Origin: Alphaproteobacteria bacterium
Lineage (GTDB): Bacteria > Pseudomonadota > Alphaproteobacteria > Rickettsiales > UBA998
Assembly (NCBI GenBank): GCA_043765375.1
Contig: JAYUJH010000041.1
Span: 3,325 to 67,324 of the forward strand
Length of the DNA stretch: 64,000 nt
Direction of reading: 5' to 3'
Shown here: in pieces, positions 29,261 to 38,262 of the stretch
Position numbering within the stretch: the stretch's first letter is position 1
How the letters are laid out: each line of letters starts with the position of its first letter
Position numbers and translations under genes: made by a program
The notes under the pieces: model-generated
Seen by the model: only the letters and a program-made list of their open reading frames with translations
Told to the model about the DNA's origin: nothing
The model's database searches: none

Positions 29261-29480
29261 CGTCATACCAGCTCCCGATAGGGAAAAATAGTAAAAAGCT
29301 GGTATCTATAAGGGTTTTTATTTTATTATGGATACCAGCCTTTGGCTTCCCTTCCCTTCGGGGGCTGGTATGACAATAACTGCAAGCTGATTTTTTTACT
29401 GTTTTCCCTCATAGGGGCTGGCATGACGATAATTGCAAGTTGATTTTCTAACATTGTTTTCGTTCGGGATTTGGTATGAC
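29261..29480. repeat. cluster of GCTGGTATGAC palindromic elements, including ~53-nt tandem units
   Basis: Arm copies: CGTCATACCAGC (29261), AGCTGGTATC (29297), GGATACCAGCC-N-CCCTTCGGGG-GCTGGTATGAC (29330-29374), GGCTGGCATGACG (29415), TTGGTATGAC (29471). The units [GCTGGTATGAC..TGCAAG(C/T)TGATTTT..] repeat in tandem. Confidence 0.75.
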
Positions 29481-29564
29481 ACGCACCAATATCTCTGGTG
29501 GAAATAATATTATATAATAAAAAAACATTGCAAGCTGTTGATTGCACTTCTATATATATGAGCC

Positions 29565-30497
29565 ATGTTAGAGAAGTTAAAAAAGTTTGTTAAAAATATA
29601 TGGGTTGTGGTTTCAGATGCCGTATCCATCGGGGTGATGAAGCATGATGCGGTGGAGTTGGCTGGTTACCTTGCTTACCTCAATATGCTATCGTTATTTC
29701 CATTTTTAGTGTTGCTGATTTTGGGGCTTGGCTATTTGGGTGAGTTGCAAGTTGGGGCGAACTTCATTCAAAAAATGTTTGAAAATCTGCCACCTCATGC
29801 AACTGTTGCGCTTAAGCCACGGATTGAAGAAATTATCAAGGGCCCGCCACAAGGGTTTGTGACGATTTCAATCTTGGCTTCCATTTGGACTGCATCTTCA
29901 ACGGTGGAAGGTTTGCGCACCGTGCTGAACCGAGCTTATAGGGTTTATACCCCGCCCGCTTATATTTTCAGGCGATTGCTTAGCATGGTGCAATTGCTGA
30001 TTTTGATGATTATTATTATCAGTGGATTGACAATTTTGTTGGTGATGCCGTTTATGCGTGAATGGGCTAGTGCTTGGTTGAGCTCGGGGACATTATCGGC
30101 GGGAACGTTACAGGCGGGGACATTAAGTTCGGGGACATTAAGTTCAGGGACGGGATTTGGTAATACGGTATTTTTGTTTAGTGTATTTGCATTATTCGTT
30201 GTGGTATGTGTTATATATTATATATTACCAAACATTAAACAGCGTTTCATCAATGTTGCCCCCGGAGCAGCACTCACGGTTTTGTTATGGTTATGCACTA
30301 TCTCAATTTATAGTTATTATCTCTCCAAGTTTAATCAGGTTAGTGTTATTTATGGGTCACTTGGGGGAGTGATTGCGAGTTTATTATTTTTCTTTCTCGT
30401 TAATTTCTGTTTGATTATGGGGGCAGAGGTGAATTATCAATTATCACGCATATTTGGTTATGAATTGAAAGAGCGAGAACGCAAAGTTTCAAGGTGA
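29565..30497 (+). CDS. YihY/BrkB family membrane protein
   Basis: Multi-TM protein. YLAYLNMLSLFPFL, SIWTASSTVEGLRTVLNRAY and IYGSLGGVIASLLFFFL are typical of YihY. It carries an in-frame (xGTLx)5 repeat. Confidence 0.82.
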   Translation: MLEKLKKFVKNIWVVVSDAVSIGVMKHDAVELAGYLAYLNMLSLFPFLVLLILGLGYLGELQVGANFIQKMFENLPPHATVALKPRIEEIIKGPPQGFVTISILASIWTASSTVEGLRTVLNRAYRVYTPPAYIFRRLLSMVQLLILMIIIISGLTILLVMPFMREWASAWLSSGTLSAGTLQAGTLSSGTLSSGTGFGNTVFLFSVFALFVVVCVIYYILPNIKQRFINVAPGAALTVLLWLCTISIYSYYLSKFNQVSVIYGSLGGVIASLLFFFLVNFCLIMGAEVNYQLSRIFGYELKERERKVSR

Positions 30498-30566
30498 GTA
30501 TGTGACAGAAACAAGGTGATGGGCTAGCAAGTAAAGTGATAACCTAACAAAATAAATAGGTAAATA

Positions 30567-31535
30567 ATGGAACAAAACATTATAATTAATCATGGTAAAA
30601 ATACATTAATATGCGCAATGCAAGGGTTGCAAGCAGTGATTGATGGGTTGGACGAAAAGTTCATCGCTGCCGTGGATATAATCACTTCAGCTAAGGGGCG
30701 GTTAATCGTCACGGGTATGGGCAAAAGTGGGCATATTGCGCGCAAAATTGCTGCAACATTCGCCTCCACAGGAACGCCCGCATATTTTGTTCACCCCGCT
30801 GAAGCAAGCCATGGTGATATGGGTATGATTAGCGCAGGTGATGTGGTGATGATGCTTTCAAACTCGGGCGAAACAGCGGAACTTGGCGAAATGATTGCTT
30901 ATGCGAAACGGTTTAATATTGCATTAATTGCGATTGTGCGGCGGGAAAAATCCATGTTGGTGGAAGTGGCAGATGTGGCGATTGTGCTACCAGCCATTCC
31001 TGAGGCATCGCCAATTGGTGCGCCAACAACTTCCACCATGATGATGCTTGGTTATGGTGATGCGCTGGCGATGGCAGTTTTGGCGCAAAAAGGTTTCACA
31101 CAGGAAGATTTTGGCGTGTTGCACCGAGGGGGTAAGCTCGGCAAGGATTTATTGCGAGTGCGTGATTTGATGCGCCCGCTTGCTGAATTGCCTCGTGAAC
31201 TTCCTTTGGTGCAAGCTGATGATGCAATGAAAAATGTGTTGATGATAATGACACGTTGTGCGCTTGGTTGTGCTATTGTCGTTGGTGCAAACAAACAGTT
31301 GCAAGGTATTATCACTGATGGTGATTTACGCCGTCATATTAATGATGATTTGATGGCAAAAAATGCAAAAGACATCATGACAAGTAACCCGATGACGATT
31401 GCACCAAATATATTAGCAGTGGAGGCTCTGGGGATTTTGAATGAGCGTTCCATAACTTGTTTGGCGGTAACGGAGGGATTGCACCTCGTTGGATTGTTGC
31501 ATATTCATGATTGTTTGCGGGCGGGAATTGCTTAA
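30567..31535 (+). CDS. kdsD: arabinose-5-phosphate isomerase (KpsF/GutQ/KdsD family)
   Basis: SIS domain (GRLIVTGMGKSGHIARKIAATFASTGTPA) plus two CBS motifs. Located upstream of lptCAB. Confidence 0.9.
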   Translation: MEQNIIINHGKNTLICAMQGLQAVIDGLDEKFIAAVDIITSAKGRLIVTGMGKSGHIARKIAATFASTGTPAYFVHPAEASHGDMGMISAGDVVMMLSNSGETAELGEMIAYAKRFNIALIAIVRREKSMLVEVADVAIVLPAIPEASPIGAPTTSTMMMLGYGDALAMAVLAQKGFTQEDFGVLHRGGKLGKDLLRVRDLMRPLAELPRELPLVQADDAMKNVLMIMTRCALGCAIVVGANKQLQGIITDGDLRRHINDDLMAKNAKDIMTSNPMTIAPNILAVEALGILNERSITCLAVTEGLHLVGLLHIHDCLRAGIA

Positions 31536-31550
31536 TAAGCATTATAGGAT

Positions 31551-32198
31551 ATGAATCTCAAATCAATTAAAACTTATTCCAATTTTGTGCATTTTAGTAA
31601 ATTAGGCTTGAGTTTGCTGGTGATTATTGTGATGGTGTTTATGGTGGCTGTGCCGTTGATTGCCAAGCGGGGAAGTGATATGCGCCTCGCTTTTGCCTCA
31701 ATTGAACAGCGTGATCTTGATGAACAACCAGCGATGATAGATCCTGTGTTTCAGGGAGTTGATGATAATAATCAACCATATAAAATTAGTGCAAAGACCG
31801 CTATTCAGCAAGGTGATGCTAACCATGAGGGGGGGGGAGGAAATCAATCAGGTGATTTTAGCCAACCACTGAATGAAACGATTGCATTGCAACAGGTGGA
31901 AGCGGAATTAACACTGGAAGATGGTAAATTGTTATTTGTGAGTGCTAACCGTGGGGTTTATCAAATGGCAGACGGAGTTTTGTTGCTGGAGGGTGATGTG
32001 TGGATTTATCATGAGGCAGGGCATGATATGCACACGGAAAGATTGCGCATTAGCACCAAGCAAATGTCGGCTTATGGCGATTCACCTGTGCAGATTGCAA
32101 GCCCACTTGGCAGGTTGCGAGCGGATAATTTTAGCATTGTGGAGCGTGGCAACAGATTATTATTTAACCAAAATGTTAAGATGTTATTGCATCGTTGA
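31551..32198 (+). CDS. lptC: LPS export protein LptC
   Basis: N-terminal TM anchor, beta-jellyroll-like size, and a position between kdsD and lptA. Confidence 0.75.
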   Translation: MNLKSIKTYSNFVHFSKLGLSLLVIIVMVFMVAVPLIAKRGSDMRLAFASIEQRDLDEQPAMIDPVFQGVDDNNQPYKISAKTAIQQGDANHEGGGGNQSGDFSQPLNETIALQQVEAELTLEDGKLLFVSANRGVYQMADGVLLLEGDVWIYHEAGHDMHTERLRISTKQMSAYGDSPVQIASPLGRLRADNFSIVERGNRLLFNQNVKMLLHR

Positions 32199-32221
32199 GA
32201 TATTTTAGTTACAAATAAATA

Positions 32222-32758
32222 ATGCGTTATTTGTTGATATTATTGTTATTATTTGGGTTAGACGCGACGGAAGCGCAAGCAAAAGGCGGAATTGGTGATG
32301 CACCAATATCTGTTGATGCGGAATCGTTGGAGGTAATTCAAAATGAAAATAAAGCAATTTTCACGGGCGATGTGGTGGCAAAGCAGGGAAATATGGTGCT
32401 GAAAGCCGCAAAAATGATTATTAATTACGAGAAGCAGAGTAACGGCGCAGGAAAAGACGTTGAGCAATCTTCAATGGGTGCGCTGAATAATATTGAAGTG
32501 ATAGGCAATGTGCATATGTTGACCCCAACAGAAACTGCTGATGCTGAGCGTGGTTTATATGATGCGGTGCGTAAAAAGATTTTTTTATATGGCAATGTGG
32601 TGCTAAAACGTGAGCAAAATGTGCTAAATGGTTCGGCTCTGCAATATGATATGGTGACGGGTTCAAGCATTTTGACAGGCGGAGTGTCGCAAAATGGAGA
32701 TGGCAAAGCCGTGAAACCGCAGCGAGTTCGGGGGATATTTGTCCCTAAAGCGCAGTAG
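32222..32758 (+). CDS. lptA: LPS transport periplasmic protein LptA (OstA N-terminal domain)
   Basis: Signal peptide plus IFTGDVVAKQGNMVLKAAKMII...LYGNVVLKREQNVLNGSALQYDM repeats of the OstA fold. Synteny supports the call. Confidence 0.85.
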   Translation: MRYLLILLLLFGLDATEAQAKGGIGDAPISVDAESLEVIQNENKAIFTGDVVAKQGNMVLKAAKMIINYEKQSNGAGKDVEQSSMGALNNIEVIGNVHMLTPTETADAERGLYDAVRKKIFLYGNVVLKREQNVLNGSALQYDMVTGSSILTGGVSQNGDGKAVKPQRVRGIFVPKAQ

Positions 32759-32765
32759 GGTTGAT

Positions 32766-33611
32766 ATGTTCGGGCGAAATAATGCAAAGATAAGCAATTT
32801 AGGTGATAATAAATCTGGTAGCCCTGAAAAACATGAGCCTGAGAAACATGAGTATGAGAGACATGTTGTTGAAAAGAATGTTCTTGAGAAACAGGGCTTG
32901 GTGTGCGAGCATTTAGGCAAAAAATACGGTAAAAAATTGGTAGTGCGTGATGTTTCAATCAGCGTGAAGCAAGGCGAGGCGGTTGGGTTGCTTGGCCCCA
33001 ATGGCGCAGGAAAAACCACTTGTTTTTATATGATAACGGGGCTGGTGCAACCTGATTATGGGCGCATAACACTTGCTGGCAATGATATAACCTCGCTGCC
33101 AATGTATCGCAGGGCTAGGCTTGGAGTGAGTTATTTACCGCAGGAAAGTTCCATTTTTCGGGGTTTGACTGTTGGTGAAAATATTATGGCTATTTTGCAA
33201 ATTAGCTACCAAGATTCAAGCAAGCGTCGCCAGATTTTGCAGGAATTGCTGCATGAGTTTGCGATTGAACATTTGCAAAATGCACCAGCGAGCCAACTTT
33301 CAGGGGGGGAGCGTAGGCGGGCGGAGATTGCCCGAGCATTGGCGAGCAACCCGTCATATATATTGTTAGATGAGCCACTCGCAGGGATTGACCCAATCGC
33401 TGTGAATGATATTCGCCAAATTGTTGCAAAGTTAAAACAAAGAGCAATTGGCGTGCTTATCACTGACCATAATGTGCGTGAAACTTTAGATATTATTGAT
33501 AGGGCGTATATTATCCACGATGGAGTTGTGCTGGTGGAAGGCACGGCGGAGGAAATCGTCACCAACCCTGATGTGAAACGGGTTTATTTGGGTGAGAGCT
33601 TTAACTTGTAA
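32766..33611 (+). CDS. lptB: LPS export ABC transporter ATPase LptB
   Basis: Walker A GPNGAGKTT, signature LSGGERRRAEIARAL, Walker B ILLDEPLAGIDP. ATG 32766 gives a 45-aa repeat-containing N-terminal extension. Alternative canonical-length starts are TTG 32898 and GTG 32901. Confidence 0.92.
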   Translation: MFGRNNAKISNLGDNKSGSPEKHEPEKHEYERHVVEKNVLEKQGLVCEHLGKKYGKKLVVRDVSISVKQGEAVGLLGPNGAGKTTCFYMITGLVQPDYGRITLAGNDITSLPMYRRARLGVSYLPQESSIFRGLTVGENIMAILQISYQDSSKRRQILQELLHEFAIEHLQNAPASQLSGGERRRAEIARALASNPSYILLDEPLAGIDPIAVNDIRQIVAKLKQRAIGVLITDHNVRETLDIIDRAYIIHDGVVLVEGTAEEIVTNPDVKRVYLGESFNL

Positions 33612-33647
33612 TCATATTGTCATGTTTGTGTATTATCATATTGTTAT

Positions 33648-34220
33648 ATGCGTAATGAATTAAAGCCGTTTGAAATTATGCCCCCCGAGGTGCAAGCGAT
33701 GATTTTGCAAGCGGCTGATGCAAAAGTGGCGAGCATTATAGAGGGCAAATCGGGATTGAAAGAAATTGCACAAATATTGATTGAGAGGCTTGCGGGGGAT
33801 AGTAAATATTTGTTGCAAGCATATAACGCGCAGATTGAACCTGATGATTTGCGTAATGAAAATATCAATCATGAGCTGAAAGTTGAGGGATTGAAAGGCG
33901 AGGCAACAGAGAAGGCAAAAACTGCAATCGCTGAAAATGTATTGGTTGACCCTGAAAAATTATTGCCAAGATTGAACACAGAATATGTAAACTCGCAATA
34001 TTCCACAGCGCAAATTGAGAAAATGGCGGTGATTGTAAAATTGATAGGCAGCAGCAAAATTGATTATGGGTTGGTGAAAAATAATAACGAGGAAGAGCAG
34101 GGCAGTGCGGCTGCAAAAACTTTGGGTGCATCGCTTGCTCGTGGCATTACTATACCTGAATCAGATGCAAAGAATATATTGCCGAAAAAACAAAAAGAGG
34201 AAAAAACGGGTATAGGTTGA
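33648..34220 (+). CDS. hypothetical protein (190 aa)
   Basis: Intact ORF in the position normally taken by rpoN after lptB. No motif recognised. Confidence 0.45.
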   Translation: MRNELKPFEIMPPEVQAMILQAADAKVASIIEGKSGLKEIAQILIERLAGDSKYLLQAYNAQIEPDDLRNENINHELKVEGLKGEATEKAKTAIAENVLVDPEKLLPRLNTEYVNSQYSTAQIEKMAVIVKLIGSSKIDYGLVKNNNEEEQGSAAAKTLGASLARGITIPESDAKNILPKKQKEEKTGIG

Positions 34221-34251
34221 GTGGTGGGGGGAAATATTGGTGGATAATAGC

Positions 34252-34300
34252 TATGGATACCAGATTTTTATCACGCCTCCCTTCGGGTGCTGGTATGACG
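34252..34300. repeat. GCTGGTATGAC palindromic element
   Basis: TATGGATACCAG-N19-CCCTTCGGG-TGCTGGTATGACG aligns with 29328-29374. It sits between convergent genes. Confidence 0.75.
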
Positions 34301-34334
34301 AAAATGTAAATATCCCGTATTTTATATCTATGTT

Positions 34335-36524
34335 TTATATTTGACCTAGAGTTTTGAGGCGGGCTTTTGGGTGAATTTCATTTTGTGAAAGCACCACAGT
34401 GTTTGCACGAAACCGCTCAATGATTGAACGAACATAGGGCCGAATTGTTGGGCTGGTTAGCAATACAGGGTTTTCACCTTGCGATAGCGATTTATCAAAA
34501 TTAGTGCGAATGGTGGTGACAAACTCCTGAATCTTGCTTGGTGCCATGCTCAGAGTTTTATCATCACCAACTCCATTTAAGGATTCCACAAAAACCTGCT
34601 CCCAATTGGGGGACATCGCAATAATCGGAAGCAATCCTTCGGCATTAATTGCGGCATAACAAATCTGACGGCTCAGGCGGCTGCGCACATGCTCGGTGAT
34701 TAACATCAGGCTTTGCGTTGAATGCGAACTATCCGCAATCGCCTCCAGAATGGTGGGTAAATCACGAATGGAAATTAGTTCCTTCAATAGATTTTGCAAC
34801 ACACGCTGCACGCCATTGACACTAATTTGTGATGGAATAGTCTCCGCAATTAATTTTTGATGGTCTTTGCCTAAATCATCAAGCAATTTCTGCACTTCGG
34901 AATATGAAAGTAATTCGGATAAATTATCCTTGATAATTTCGGTCAAATGCGTGGTGATGACTGTTGGCGGGTCAACTAATGTAAGGTTGCGAAACAACGC
35001 TTCTTCACGATATTGCTCGGTTATCCACATGGCAGGCAAGCCAAAAGTTGGCTCAATCGTTTCCTCTCCGGGTAGCCCAATTTTTTCACCAGATGGGTTC
35101 ATCACTAGCAACATATCAGGGCGTAATGTGCCATGTGCTGCCTCTAGCTCCTTCACTTTGATGACGTAATTATTGGCGGGTAGCTGCATATTATCTTGAA
35201 TGCGAACAGATGGCATGACGAACCCCAAATCACGAGCAACTTGTTTGCGTAACGCTTTGATTTGCTCCGTGAGGCGATGCCCTTTTTGATAGTTAATTAG
35301 GGGCAATAAACCATAACCCAACTCAAGCCGCAAATAATCAATTTGCAATATTTGCGCCATATCTTCCGATGATGCTGGGCTTGCTGATGATTGCCCCGAT
35401 GCGCTTGGTTGTTCGTTTGAACCTCCAGCGTAAGACAAGCCTCCGCTGCTATTGGGGCGATTAACTCCTGCATTTGTTCCTGATTTATTAGCAATTTTAA
35501 CATGGTTTTTCATTTGCATGAAGCTAACAAACGCCATGATTGCAGCAAGCAACAAAAATGGTGCAGCTGGCATTCCGGGGATAAAAGCCATGGAAAATGC
35601 TAAAAATGCGGTAAGCCCCGTTGCGGCGGGATATTCGTTTAGCTGCCCAATTACTGCTTTTTCCGACGATCCAGTCACGCCCGCTTTGGTCACTAACATA
35701 CCAGCTGCGGTTGAAACAATTAATGCGGGAATCTGTGAAACTAGCCCGTCACCAATGGTGAGTATGGTATATGTTTCTAGTGATTGCCCAAAACTCAAGC
35801 CATGAACGGTTGAACCGATGATGATTCCACCAATGAAATTGATGAAAGTGATTAGCAGCCCTGCAACTGCGTCTCCCCGAACAAACTTGGAAGCTCCGTC
35901 CATTGCACCAAAAAATGTGCTTTCATCTTCCAACTCTTTGCGGCGAGATTTTGCTTGTGCATCATCAATTAATCCTGCGGATAAATCAGCATCAATTGCC
36001 ATTTGTTTCCCCGGCATTGCGTCCAAACTGAAACGAGCGGATACCTCGGCAATGCGCCCCGAACCTTTGGTGATGACGACGAAGTTAATGATGGTAAGGA
36101 TTGCGAAAATAATTACCCCGATTGCTAATTGACCACCCATCACGAGGGTTGCAAAAGTTGAGATAACTTCACCAGCAGCGTGTGTGCCTTCATGTCCATT
36201 AGTGAGAATTAGCCGTGTTGAGGCAATGTTAAGTGAAAGCCGCAACATGGTTGATACTAGCAATATGGTGGGGAATGAGCTAAGCCCCAAAGGTTTTTCC
36301 ACAAATATCACCGTCATTAGGATTAATACTGACAAAGTGATGGAAACGCCAAGCAACAAATCCAAAAAAGCTGGTGGAATTGGAATTAATAAAACTACTA
36401 ATATTCCAACAATCGCCAAGGCAAAGAAAATATCAGCACGGTGCAATGCGCTATTAGCCCTGCGCTTGATATTAGCGGGCTTAAATCCGTTGGTAATGGT
36501 GATTATTGTTGGCAGATTATACAT
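34335..36524 (-). CDS. flhA: flagellar biosynthesis protein FlhA
   Basis: 729 aa, FHIPEP family: RFSLDAMPGKQMAIDADL, FVRGDAVAGLLITFINFIGG, C-terminal cytoplasmic domain. Confidence 0.95.
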   Translation of the reverse strand: MYNLPTIITITNGFKPANIKRRANSALHRADIFFALAIVGILVVLLIPIPPAFLDLLLGVSITLSVLILMTVIFVEKPLGLSSFPTILLVSTMLRLSLNIASTRLILTNGHEGTHAAGEVISTFATLVMGGQLAIGVIIFAILTIINFVVITKGSGRIAEVSARFSLDAMPGKQMAIDADLSAGLIDDAQAKSRRKELEDESTFFGAMDGASKFVRGDAVAGLLITFINFIGGIIIGSTVHGLSFGQSLETYTILTIGDGLVSQIPALIVSTAAGMLVTKAGVTGSSEKAVIGQLNEYPAATGLTAFLAFSMAFIPGMPAAPFLLLAAIMAFVSFMQMKNHVKIANKSGTNAGVNRPNSSGGLSYAGGSNEQPSASGQSSASPASSEDMAQILQIDYLRLELGYGLLPLINYQKGHRLTEQIKALRKQVARDLGFVMPSVRIQDNMQLPANNYVIKVKELEAAHGTLRPDMLLVMNPSGEKIGLPGEETIEPTFGLPAMWITEQYREEALFRNLTLVDPPTVITTHLTEIIKDNLSELLSYSEVQKLLDDLGKDHQKLIAETIPSQISVNGVQRVLQNLLKELISIRDLPTILEAIADSSHSTQSLMLITEHVRSRLSRQICYAAINAEGLLPIIAMSPNWEQVFVESLNGVGDDKTLSMAPSKIQEFVTTIRTNFDKSLSQGENPVLLTSPTIRPYVRSIIERFRANTVVLSQNEIHPKARLKTLGQI

Positions 36525-36570
36525 TTTTATTTGATATCATATATTTAAGTTTATCTCTATTAACCTTTTA

Positions 36571-36630
36571 CCTCAACCCTCCCTCACTTGCGGGGTGAAA
36601 CTGCAAGTGAGTTCACGGTTGGGGTGGGGG
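36571..36630. repeat. GC-rich nested palindromic element
   Basis: CCTCAACCCTCC-CTCACTTGC-GGGGTGAAACT-GCAAGTGAG-TTCAC-GGTTGGGGTGGGGG. Located between the flbD stop and the flhA start. Compositionally like the hairpin repeats in gltB and upstream of lolA. Confidence 0.6.
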
Positions 36631-36637
36631 ATTCAAA

Positions 36638-37960
36638 TTATTCATATCTCGGATCGTCATAAAGGCGCAATTTATTACGCAAAGTGCGAATGGAAATACC
36701 CAAAATATTGGCGGCGTGAGTGCGGTTACCAAGGCAATGATCCAATGTTTTGAGGATTAAGTTTTTCTCAACATCAGCAACTGTGCGCCCCACCAACATG
36801 GATATTTCTGTGCCTTCATCGTCATGCTCGGCAATGATTTGAGTAGTGATTTTTTGCGCATCATTATTTTGCAAGATTATTGCATCAACATTAATTTCAT
36901 GTTCACGATTCATTAAAATCGCTCGGTGCATCATATTCTCCAACTCTCTGATGTTACCTGCAAATTGATATTCCAACAATTTATCCTTAGCTTCTTGCGT
37001 TAATTGATGCACGGGAATGTTGTTAGCAGTTGAATATTTAGCAATGAAATGCTCGGCTAACATGATGATATCATCGCCTCGTTCCCGCAGGGGTGGCAAT
37101 GCAATGTTAATCACATTTAGGCGATAATATAAATCTTCCCTGAAAGTGCCAATGCGCACCGCTTTCATCATATCACGGTTGCTAGTGGCGATGATGCGAA
37201 TATCAATTTTTATGGGCTTTGTTCCACCCACTCTATCAATTTCACGTTCTTGCAATGCTCGCAATAATTTGGCTTGCAACTTCAAATCCATCTCGCTAAT
37301 TTCATCAAGTAGCAATGTGCCTTTATCCGCTTCTTCAAACTTGCCAATGCGTCGCCCTAATGCGCCCGTGAATGCGCCTTTTTCATGTCCAAATAATTCG
37401 GATTCTAGTAAGTTCTCGGGGATTGCTGCACAATTAACTGAGATAAATGGTTTATCAACTCGCTTGGATTGCTTGTGGATATGTCGTGCAATCACCTCTT
37501 TGCCCGTGCCAGATTCTCCAGTGATTAGCACTGTTGCATCTGATGGTGCAACTTGGTTTGCCATATCAACAATTTTTTGCATAATTTTGGAGTTATAAAG
37601 CAATTGATGTTCATCTTGGGTGATTGCTTGCAACACGGCGGCGATTAATTCTTCATCGGGGGGTAGGGGAATATATTCCTTTGCTCCCGCTTTGATTGCT
37701 CTGACTGCTGCTTCTTTGTCCCTCGCAATTCCGCATGCCACCACGGGAATGGAAAATCGTTGCATTCTGATTGCGGCAATGAAACGGGCGATATCTTCCT
37801 TAACCGAAATCATGATTAAATCAGCACCTTTGCCCTCGCTTAATGCTGCAATGGCGATATCCGAGGTTTCACAATGACTGACTCTAGCCCCCCGCCTTGC
37901 TGCAATATCTGTTGCAATAGCTAATTGCACCTCTAAATCGCCAACAATCATTAACCTCAT
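36638..37960 (-). CDS. flbD: sigma-54-dependent flagellar transcriptional activator (FlbD-like)
   Basis: Degenerate receiver domain, AAA+ core (GESGTGKEVIARHIH, GAFTGA, ATSNRD) and C-terminal Fis-type HTH. Synteny fliN-flbD as in Caulobacter. Confidence 0.88.
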   Translation of the reverse strand: MRLMIVGDLEVQLAIATDIAARRGARVSHCETSDIAIAALSEGKGADLIMISVKEDIARFIAAIRMQRFSIPVVACGIARDKEAAVRAIKAGAKEYIPLPPDEELIAAVLQAITQDEHQLLYNSKIMQKIVDMANQVAPSDATVLITGESGTGKEVIARHIHKQSKRVDKPFISVNCAAIPENLLESELFGHEKGAFTGALGRRIGKFEEADKGTLLLDEISEMDLKLQAKLLRALQEREIDRVGGTKPIKIDIRIIATSNRDMMKAVRIGTFREDLYYRLNVINIALPPLRERGDDIIMLAEHFIAKYSTANNIPVHQLTQEAKDKLLEYQFAGNIRELENMMHRAILMNREHEINVDAIILQNNDAQKITTQIIAEHDDEGTEISMLVGRTVADVEKNLILKTLDHCLGNRTHAANILGISIRTLRNKLRLYDDPRYE

Positions 37961-37971
37961 GTTGCCTCGCC

Positions 37972-38262
37972 TTATTTTTTATCAGCTTTGATGATTTCTG
38001 TCATAGTTACCCCGACGCGATCTTCTACCACCACGACTTCACCCCGAGCAACCAAACGATTATTAATATAAATATCAACAGGTTCACCAACTTTTTTGTT
38101 TAGCTCAATCACTGCGCCTCGCCCCAACTTCAGTAGCTGATGCACTTGCATTGTTGTTTTGCCAAGCACCACTGAAATCTGCACAGGAATATCCTGCACA
38201 GCCTCCAATGATAGGCTATCATCGTTATTTCCCAGCAACTCATTGCTAAAAGGATTATCCAT
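37972..38262 (-). CDS. fliN: flagellar motor switch protein FliN
   Basis: 96 aa. SpoA/FliN domain VQISVVLGKTTMQVHQLLKLGRGAVIELNK...VARGEVVVV. Confidence 0.9.
   Translation of the reverse strand: MDNPFSNELLGNNDDSLSLEAVQDIPVQISVVLGKTTMQVHQLLKLGRGAVIELNKKVGEPVDIYINNRLVARGEVVVVEDRVGVTMTEIIKADKK

Noticed and set aside
29326-29547. 73-aa minus-strand ORF in the ugd-yihY spacer
   Set aside because: It is composed almost entirely of the GCTGGTATGAC repeat cluster, with no SD or coding-like composition.
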